A DNA stretch of 64,000 nucleotides from Heterodontus francisci (lineage: Eukaryota), in the NCBI RefSeq assembly GCF_036365525.1, contig NC_090406.1, forward strand, positions 36,457,515 through 36,521,514, written 5' to 3'. The position numbers and the translations under genes were made by a program. The notes beneath the pieces were generated by a model, which saw only the letters and a program-made list of their open reading frames with translations, was not told the origin of the DNA and ran no database searches. This document shows, in pieces, positions 55,595 to 64,000 of the stretch; positions within the stretch are counted from its first letter, which is position 1; each line of letters begins with the position of its first letter.

Positions 55595-56450
55595 CAGGCT
55601 TCACTTAGTGGTAGCAGTCTTGCCTCTGAGTCAGAAGGTGATAGTTTTAATCCCTAGTCCAGAAACTGGAGCGCACATTATAGATTGGCACTTCAGTGAG
55701 GTAGTCCTGGAGTAGTGGAGGTGCCATCTTTCAGATGTAATATTAAATTGAAGCTGCATCTGTTCCTTTAGGTAGATGTAAAAGAATCCACAGCCTATTT
55801 TAAGAAAATCAGGGGATTTCTCCCAGTGTCCTGGCTAAAACTAATCTCTCAACCTACACCACCAATAAAAAGGGGACATGGTGGTGTAGTGGTAATGTCA
55901 CTGAACTAGTAATCCAGACACCCAGGCCAATGCCCTGGGGACATGGGTTTAAATCCCATCACAGCAGCTGATGGAATTTAAATTCAACTAATTAGCAAGT
56001 TCAATTAATTAATAAAAAATCTGGAATTGAAAGCTAGCCTCAGTAATAGTGCCATGAAACTATCATCGATTGTCGTAAAAACCCATCTGGTTCACTAATG
56101 ACCTTCAGGGAAAGAAATCTGCCATCTGTACCTGGTCTGACCTACATGTGACTCTAGAACCACAATATGGTTGACTCTTAACTGCCCTCTGAAATGACCT
56201 AGCAAGCCACTCAGTTCTCAAGGGCAATTAGGGACGGGCAACAAATGCTGGCCTCATCAGTGATGCCCACATTCCATGAAAGAATAAAAACAAATTATCT
56301 GGTAATTTATCTCATTCCTATCTGTGGGACATGGCAGTGCACCAATTAATTGCTTTTTTTGTCTACAGTACAACAGTGGCCACGTTTCAAAAGTACTTCA
56401 TGGGCTGTGAAACATGTCACAATGTATTCACGATGTAATATAAATGAAAA
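55595..56450 (+). mobile_element. Deu-domain SINE with a second tRNA-SINE nested at ~55873-56290
   Basis: TAGTGGTAGCAGTCTTGCCTCTGAGTCAGAAGG head and Deu-like core (GTAAAAGAATCCAC...CAGGGGATTTCTCCCAGTGTCCTGGC). Resumes after the insert at ATTATCTGGT. Confidence 0.7.
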
Positions 56451-56802
56451 TTCATATTGTTAGTGGTTACTGCAGCTGCATCTATGACTTATGTTGAGAA
56501 AAACTTTTTTTTGTGTGTTGTGAATACAAATAGCACATTTTTGAAGCATTGGAGTTTGGAGAGAGATTTTGAATTAAAGTCCTGAATTCAAAATGTATGT
56601 TTAAGCTAGTTTCATAACACTAAATACAACTGCAGAGGTATTTAATAAAGAAGTAAAGTTAAAAAGTTGTAGCTTATTTCTTCATTATAAAGTTTTTGGC
56701 CTTCATTATAAAAAAAATGCAGTAAACAAAATGGGCAATAACAAGCATACATGCTGAGGAACAAAGGAATAACATCTTCCTGCAGTGGGGAAGGGAAATA
56801 CT

Positions 56803-57558
56803 GGCCAGAATTTTATGTTCAGGCAGTGGCCCTGCCCACCAGCTAAAAAGTTGGGTGCGAGCCCATTTCCACTGGGCCTGGAATCCACGCAGCAATTTTA
56901 CGTGACCTAGGCCCTTAATTGGCCCTTCTGAGGCAGGAAGGGGCCGGCAGCTCCTCAGTCCCAGCAGCGCCACCAGGTGCGGTGGCCACTGCTGGGATTG
57001 CACCTAACGAGAGAAGCCATGACGGACATCAGCCTCTGAGCAGGTAGGTGGGATCGGGCCTCACCAGGGACAATCAGCTGGGTCCTGACGAGAGGGTTGG
57101 GTGTCAGACTGTAGGCGGGGGGTGGGTTAGATTTAGCAGGGGCAGCCCGTATTTCTGGGTGGGGGGGGCCTCCATGGGGCACAGGGCGCCCGAACCTGAG
57201 GGACCACCACCCCCATCCTGCAAGGAAGCCGCCAGATATTACTGAGCGATCTCCGCAGTGGCCAAAGTGACCGTCCGTCACAAGTAAGATACAGTGGGGA
57301 CGGGAGGAGAACTTAAGTGGCATTTAATTGACCACTTAAAGACCTCAATTGGCCTGGGACGGGCAGGCCATTTGCCACCTCCCCCGCTGCTGGTAAAACA
57401 GCAGTGGAGGTGGGTAGGCAACGGGAACAGCATCCCCCACCTCCCACTCGATTTTACATTCCCCCCCCCCCCCCACCCCTGCCTCCCAGCCCACTCCCAG
57501 GTGGGTTGGGGGGGTTGGGTGGGGGGGGGGGGTGGGGTTTGGTGGTATAAGTCCGGCC
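56803..57558. mobile_element. GC-rich MITE-like element (possibly Harbinger-derived)
   Basis: Imperfect TIRs GGCCAGAATTTTATG...GTATAAGTCCGGCC. Similar left ends occur at ~11730 and ~12933. Confidence 0.5.
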
Positions 57559-59074
57559 ACTGCTTATATTTCAGGAATCAATTTTTTACAAAACAATTAT
57601 TTTGTTGCCTCTGGGGAGATCTCTTACAAACCTCTTTCCATTTTCTTTCAGTGGGGTGTACACCTCTCCCCTACTTGCTCACCATGAGAAATGCAAAGAG
57701 AGATCTGTTAATTTTATTCTATGCATAGGGCACGAAACAAAGGCTCCATCGGAACACAGTAAAATACTACACTATGCTTGTATGGAATTTACCACTACCA
57801 GTAGTGTTGACCCAAGGTTCAGCTGAGCTGTGTGCATTCTATGCATTCCGAGATGGCCAAATAAAATCATAGTGTTGGTAGCAGAAACAACACTGGTGCA
57901 ATGATGCACTTGAGCAATAAAACCTTTCAAATAAAATTAATTACTCTTTAGGCCTAAATTCCTGTTGGTTCTCCTTAAAAAGCGAAATAACAAATTTACA
58001 GAATTAAACAGCAGGCGCCTTATAGAATTTCCAACTGACACAATTTTAGGGAATAGACCAGACATTTCCCTATTATCCCATGTCTCAAACTGGACATTTA
58101 TGTCCTGGATTGCAGTGAATATTTTTTCCCTAAATGGGTAATGCGTCAATGGAGATGACCGTTTGAGTCAATTCAGACTAAACGTAAGCAGAAAATCTCT
58201 TATTAATGACAACAGACATTTACAAGTATGCACAATTGTGAAATATTTTGGCAGCAATATGGAAGACAACAATGGTTCTGACACTGTGCCCCAGAATATA
58301 TTTTAAACTGAGAAATTTTCCTTTTATTCTGGAAGCAGTAATTCTTGATGGAGTAAAGTTCCACACTCGTCAGATGCTCACTGGTATCATGAGAGAGTCA
58401 ACTTTCTCCAGGTCGGAACTCGGACAGTGAATATTCACAGATTATTACATACAGCAACAGAGTTCAGCCCGTGACAAGACCTTCCTCAGATGGCATCCAT
58501 GCGTACATCAATGATAGCCAGCTCTAGCTCTCCGGCTTCTCCTGTGGCCTCTGTGCTGTCACACTGTCCAACACCCAGACTTAGATGAATCACAATTCCC
58601 TTGAGTTAAACAATGGGAAGACTGACACCATTGTCTTCAGCCTCGTCGCAAACTGCATACTCTTGCCACCAACTTTCTCCCCTTCCCTGGCCACTTCCCT
58701 GTCACTGTCTCAGGCTAAATCAGCCTGTTCACAACTTTGGACTCCCTACTCAACTCCATGCTGAATTGAGGCCGTAGATCCTCTTAATCACAAAGACCAC
58801 CACTATCTATGTTTTAGTGACCAGGGCTAAAACATTCATCTATATCTTTCTCAACTTCAGATTTGACTATTCTAGTACTGGCCTCCCATCCTTCACCCTC
58901 CATAAATGTAATTCAAAACTCTGTTGCTTCTATACATTCATACACCAATCCAAGTAGCTCAAGACCATAGTTTTTGCTGATGTACATTGACTCCCAATTC
59001 TTCAACGCCATGAACTGAAAATTCTTATCTTTATGTTACATTTCCCCCGATGGTCTTGTTCCTCCTTATCTCAG

Positions 59075-59740
59075 TGTTACGACCGAGGTGGGAGGAGTGC
59101 AGTCTTTTCTAGTTCCACTTCTCCGCAGGTCACAACATAGATTTTAAAAATGTTTACCCAGTTACCAATTCGATCAATCATATACTCTACTCTTTATCCC
59201 AGAATGAAATAGACCAACCAGGTTTCTTTAATAAACAACAAAATTATCAAACAAGACTTATCCAGTAATGAAGCAAAGCATTAACACACAGATTGAAATA
59301 TAAAACTTCTCTTTTTAAATTCCTCCCATACACACATTCTGAAAAAAAACAGAAATTCTCTCTGCGGAGGTCTGTTACAAAAAAATACTTTGGCCAAATA
59401 CGTGCTAATTCTTTTAAAAAAAAGACATGGAAGGAAGTTAGTTGTCCCTTTTGGTCTGGTGTCTGGGTATACAGAGATGAGTTACTGGAATCTTTTCTAA
59501 AGCAGTTCTTTTCAGATGGCATTGAGAATTAAGCTGGCAGGTTTTTCCAGCTTCTCAGGAAAGATGCAGCACCAGGGATTTTAGCTCTCCCACACTGGAT
59601 CTTTGCAGGGTTTCTTCAAAGAGGTAGAGAAAGAGGTGAGTTGGGTGGTTTCTTTTTCCTTGGCAGGCAAAACACCAACTGTCTTCAAAACAGTTCACAC
59701 CCCAATTGAACTGAAAACAATATCTTCCTCAAACACAAAG
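59075..59740 (-). mobile_element. LTR fragment inserted in an L2-like LINE remnant (~58600-59074)
   Basis: Begins TGTTACGACC; its reverse complement ...GGTCGTAACA resembles the GGTCATAACA 3' ends of the other LTRs. Confidence 0.55.
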
Positions 59741-59741
59741 T

Positions 59742-60074
59742 CAAGTACAGAGCCTGGGAAAAGGAAGATGGTGGAGTTAAGCAGGATTTTAAAGGAGGAG
59801 AGTAAAGTAGCAAGGAGGAGGGTTTGATGAGGGCTATCAAAGCTTAGAGCCTCAATAGTTGATACTATGGCCATCATAAATGGGTGATGGAAAGAGTGGG
59901 GGGGGGATAAGCTCCATAAACCTTGACATGTGGCTTCTCTGTAAACATCTTCCCCAGGTCACCGAGGTTTCTGTTGTTTATTGAGCTTAAAGCTCCTCCT
60001 CCTTGCTACTTTACTCTCCTCCTTTAAAATCCTGCTTAACTCCACCACCTTCCTTTTCCCTGGCTCCGTACTTG
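59742..60074. repeat. 79-bp near-perfect inverted repeat with 175-bp spacer
   Basis: 59742-59820 vs the reverse complement of 59996-60074: 3 mismatches. Confidence 0.9.
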
Positions 60075-60159
60075 CTTATAAACTGTTAAATCTCTAACTT
60101 CTTCCAATTTTGATGAAAGGCTATCGACCTGAAACATTAACTTTGTTTCTCTTTCCACT

Positions 60160-61032
60160 GATGACCTCATTACTGCCTTGGTCCAAACATGGACAAAAGA
60201 GCTGAACTCAAGAGTTGAAGTGAGAGTTATTGCATTTGTCTAAGTGTGGCATCAAGCAGCCCTAACTAGATTGAGGGTAATGGAAATCAGGGGGAAAGCT
60301 CTCCACTGGTTGGAGTCATACCTAGCACAAAGGAAGATGGCTGTGGTTGTTGGAGGCCAATCATCTCAGCCCCAGGACACCTCTTCAACTGCTTCATCAA
60401 TGACCTTCCCTCCATCATAAGCTCAGAAGTGGGAATGTTCACTGATGATTGTAAGATGTTCAGTACCATTTGCAACTCCTCAGATACTGAAGCAGTATAT
60501 GTATCCATATGCAGCAAGACCTGGACAACATTCAGTCTTGGGCTGATAAATGGCAAGCAGCATTTGCACCACACAAGTGACAGGCCATGGCCATCTCCAA
60601 CAAGAGAGAATCTAATTGCTTGATTGTCACCCCATCCACCACCTTAAACATTCATTCCCTCCACCATTGATGCACAGTGGCAGCAAAATGGACTGCAACA
60701 GCTCACCACGCCTCCTTCAACAGCATCTTCCAAACCCATGACATCTTCCAACTAGAAGGACAAAGGCAGCAGATGCGTGGGACCACCACCATCAGCAGGT
60801 TCCCCTCCAAGCCACACACCATCCTGACTTGGAAATATATAACTATTCCTTCACTGTTGCTGGATCAAAATCCTGGAACTTCCTCCCCAACTGCACTGTG
60901 GGTGTACAGCAACAGATGGACTGCAGTGGTTCAAGAAGGCAGCTCGCCACCACCTTCTCAAGGATAATTAGGGATGGGCAATAAATGCTGGCCTTGCCAG
61001 TGATGCCCACATCCCATGAAATGAAAAAAAAA
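60160..61032 (+). mobile_element. Deleted LINE 3' part (same family as 25960-27370)
   Basis: FNCFINDLPS..GMFTDDC RT remnant; tail GATGCCCACATCCCATGAA plus poly-A. Confidence 0.8.
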
Positions 61033-61679
61033 ATTGCCTAGCCCACTCAGTGTTTCTAGAATTTTCTGTTTTTAATTTTGCATTTGCAGCATCTGCAGTA
61101 TTTTACTTCATCTTAAAATCTACATTTTTGACCAAATGTACCTCTCCAAAGTTCTCCTTCTTTAGCTCAGAGTCCTTTATTTTCTTATAGCTCTATGAAG
61201 CACTTGGAATGCTTTTCTACATTCATAGTGCAAATACACACAGGTTGTTGTTGTTTATCCTAACTTCCCTGTTACTACAAACAAACAATCTAATGGTTTC
61301 TGAATAGGGACCAGGAGTGGGGGGTCTTTGATTGTCATTTTTCTCCCACTTTAGCCCATTGTCAGAGATGCCCCTTATAGTACTCTAGCTGGCATCAGCT
61401 AACAGGTATTGAACCTCGGACCTTACTAAATAGATAGCTCAGTTACCACAGCGAGCAGTTTTCTTACTTACATCAAGAGATCACCACCTCTTTTTTTATA
61501 GCTCTATTCTTTTTTAATATTTCACTTGCTTGAATGCCTTTTAAGAATCCACTGAATTTCCCCCACCCTCTTCCTTGCAATTTATTTCCCTAGCATTTAT
61601 TGGATTGGTCTGTGTGTGATTGGCATGTGATAAACCCTGATTCTGAAGCTGGCTACAATTAGTGCATGCTGTCAGGTTG

Positions 61680-61797
61680 TTCCATTTTATGAATCTCTAT
61701 TGGTTAGTTTAACAAGTTCCCCCTCAGCTAATGGGTTCAGGTGTATAAATGCATTGCTCATGGCACTAATAAGAGAACAGGCTAAGTTTGTAGGAAA
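61680..61797 (+). promoter_or_regulatory. Core promoter and non-coding exon 1 of perilipin gene D
   Basis: TTTTATGAATCTCTATTGGTTAG (ATTGG 61699-61703), TATAAA 61744-61749 followed by TGCATTGC, donor GTAAG at 61798. Homologous to 17400-17530. Confidence 0.65.
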
Positions 61798-62127
61798 GTA
61801 AGGGGTTGTAAGTAGTTTTGATTTGTTTAGAAACTTTGAAAGTTATTTTTAATATTGTTAAACTTCTACTAGAACAATATTTAGTTTTTTTTTAATGTTA
61901 TAGTAATATTTCTGTATAGAAGTTGAGTAAATGGTAGATCTGTTAAGTTAATTAACTTTCAGGTTTATGTAAAGGCAGTCTATATCTGTTATGTTTTTGC
62001 CCCTTTTTAAGGAGAATCTTTCTTCTGTACTATCTAAAGTTTCTATAGTAGCTTTAGAAAATTAGTGTCATTAAAAAAACTTGGAAAAATTGTTTTTCTC
62101 TTTCTAAGATTTGTTTTTTGACTCATA

Positions 62128-62190
62128 ATGGCATCAATAGCAGAAAGTGTTGCCAACACTGCAGAAAGCCAAGAAAATGAAAACCAACAG
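62128..62190 (+). CDS. Perilipin gene D first coding exon (MASIAESVANTAESQENENQQ); the gene continues past the window
   Basis: Acceptor AG 62107-62108, CTCATAATGG start, CAG/GTAC donor. Clear homology to the first coding exon of gene B. Confidence 0.75.
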
Positions 62191-62599
62191 GTACAGTTTG
62201 TGTAGAGAATATTTGTTTGTGTATAATCTAATACAAATCTAGAAGTACTTTTTTAAAAAAAAAAAAAAATCATCTTTTACTTCAAAGAAAAGCTTCAGGT
62301 CTCCTAGATATAAGCATACTAGAATAACTGCCATAATGTTCCAATAATGACCAAATCTTTAAAATGGTTATGCTTGACCTTGCCTTTCCCCATATGAATG
62401 ATTTGCATCAAGCCACTATCTATCTACTTGCCATTGTTGTACATAATTGGCAAAGACTGCTAATCTCCAGTTAGAATCTTTTGTTGGGTATGATTACTTG
62501 GTTCTGTTGGTAATGCTATAGCATTTTCTCTTGATTACCCAATCACTTAACAATAGTACCCAATTAACTGATCTCAGGATTCAAAAGCCTTATTCTTAA

Positions 62600-63840
62600 A
62601 ATGTAACAAATTAGTTTTATTGCTAATAAACTTATCAATTTGACATCTGAGCTAGAATCTACTATTGAAGTAGTAGCAGGACATTTATCAAATGGTTTCA
62701 CAGTTTTATGAAGGGGAAATTGTTTGACAAATTTTATAAGTGTTCTTTTTTTGAAGCAGTAACAAGTGGAGTGGATAAGCGAATTAATAAATGTGGTGTA
62801 TTTGGCTTTCCAAAAGGTCTTCAATAAGGTGCCACATAAAAGGTTACTAGACAAGATGAGGGCAATATATCTGCATTAATAGAGATGAGCTAACTGATCT
62901 GGGATAAATGGGCATTTTAAAATTGGCAAACTGTAACTAGAAGTGCCACAGGGATCTGTGCTGGGCCCTCCATTATCTTTACAATTTATGAATGACTTGG
63001 ATGAAGGGAGTGAATGTATTGTAGCAAAGTTTCCTGACTATACAAAGATAGGAAAGCAAGTTGAAGACAAAGTATCTGCAAATGGGATAAGTGAGTACAA
63101 TGGGAAAATAAAGTTCCCACTTTTGGGAGTTGGGGGTGGATCAAAACAATATTTAAACGGCAGTACTGCTGTAGAGGGGTCTGGGTACATGAATGTTTGT
63201 ATATTAGTACAGCAAGTAATAGGGAAGGCAAATGGAATGTTCCCCTTTATTGCAAGGGGAATGGACTATAAAAGTAGGAAGGACTTGATGGGCTGAATGG
63301 TGGCCTTCTGTGTTGTAAATGATTAAGTTGACCTATAGATGTACAAGGTGTTGGTGATACCATACCTAGAGTGTACAGTTTTGGTCTCCAAGAAAGGATA
63401 TACTTGCTTTGGAGGCAGTTCTAGAGAAGGTTCTCTAGGTTGATACCTGGTATAAAGGGATTGCCTCAAGGAAAAGGTGGTCCTATACTCTTTGGAGTTT
63501 AGAAGAATGAGGTAATATCGAAATATACAAGATTCTGCGGGTGCTTTTTTTTTTTTCTCCCTTGTGGAGAATCTAGAACTGGGGGGCACAGTTTCAGAAT
63601 AGAGACTCCCTTAAGACTGATGAGAATTTTTTTCCTTGATTAATATTTGGATTTGTCTACACTGGAGTCTGTTGAATATATTTTCAGCTGAGCTAAACCT
63701 TTTCTTTGAGAGCATACAGGGTTATGGGGGCATGCAGCAAAGTGGCATTAAGGCCACAATCCGATTAGCCATTATTGCATTGACTGGTCAAGCAGGCTAA
63801 AGGGGTTAAATGGCCTACTGCTTCTATTTCTTGTGTTCTT
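62600..63840 (+). mobile_element. Decayed CR1 LINE 3' part in intron 2 of gene D
   Basis: VVYLAFQKVFNKVPHKRLL, PQGSVLGP..FMNDLDEG..AKFPDYTK, ANGMFPFIARGMDYKS. Confidence 0.8.
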
Positions 63841-64000
63841 CTGTTAACATGAAATGAGCTTAGGGGGTGTGATTTTTTTTTTTTTATTTTTTTTTTTGGG
63901 AGGCCAGCTAATTTGAACTGAATCTCAAGACCTACAAATATTGATTATCCTGCACTAATTTGACAACTGAATGTTGGTCCTCTATTTCTTGAAAGTAAAA

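Overview
Vertebrate genomic DNA, AT-rich and intron/TE-rich. The repeat complement (CR1/L2 LINEs, HE1/V-SINE-like and Deu-SINE-like elements) points to a cartilaginous fish, probably a shark; that is inferred, not proven. The window holds a tandem, same-strand cluster of four perilipin (PLIN2/PLIN3-family) genes. Gene A contributes only its last exon (233-598). Gene B is complete and in frame (17820-23212, 329 aa) but lacks both PAT-domain exons. Gene C is complete and canonical (35027-46020, 442 aa, PLIN3-like) and apparently needs a GC splice donor. Gene D contributes its promoter and first exons (ATG 62128). Shared exon, UTR, intergenic and promoter sequence at a ~44-46 kb offset suggests a two-gene block was duplicated (A-B / C-D), with recent gene conversion of the last exon between A and C. 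Notable mobile elements: a CpG-rich Mutator-like DNA transposon (9-bp TSD, SWIM-finger ORF, NRF1-type palindrome array); a decayed Gmr1-like Ty3/gypsy LTR retrotransposon with integrase upstream of RT and a tandem array of tRNA-Pro primer-binding-site units; solo LTRs with TSDs; Harbinger remnants; and short repeats with degenerate minimal hammerhead-ribozyme cores. Exon boundaries were read by hand from GT/AG and frame. Most TE boundaries are approximate, and family names come from motif recognition, not database searches.
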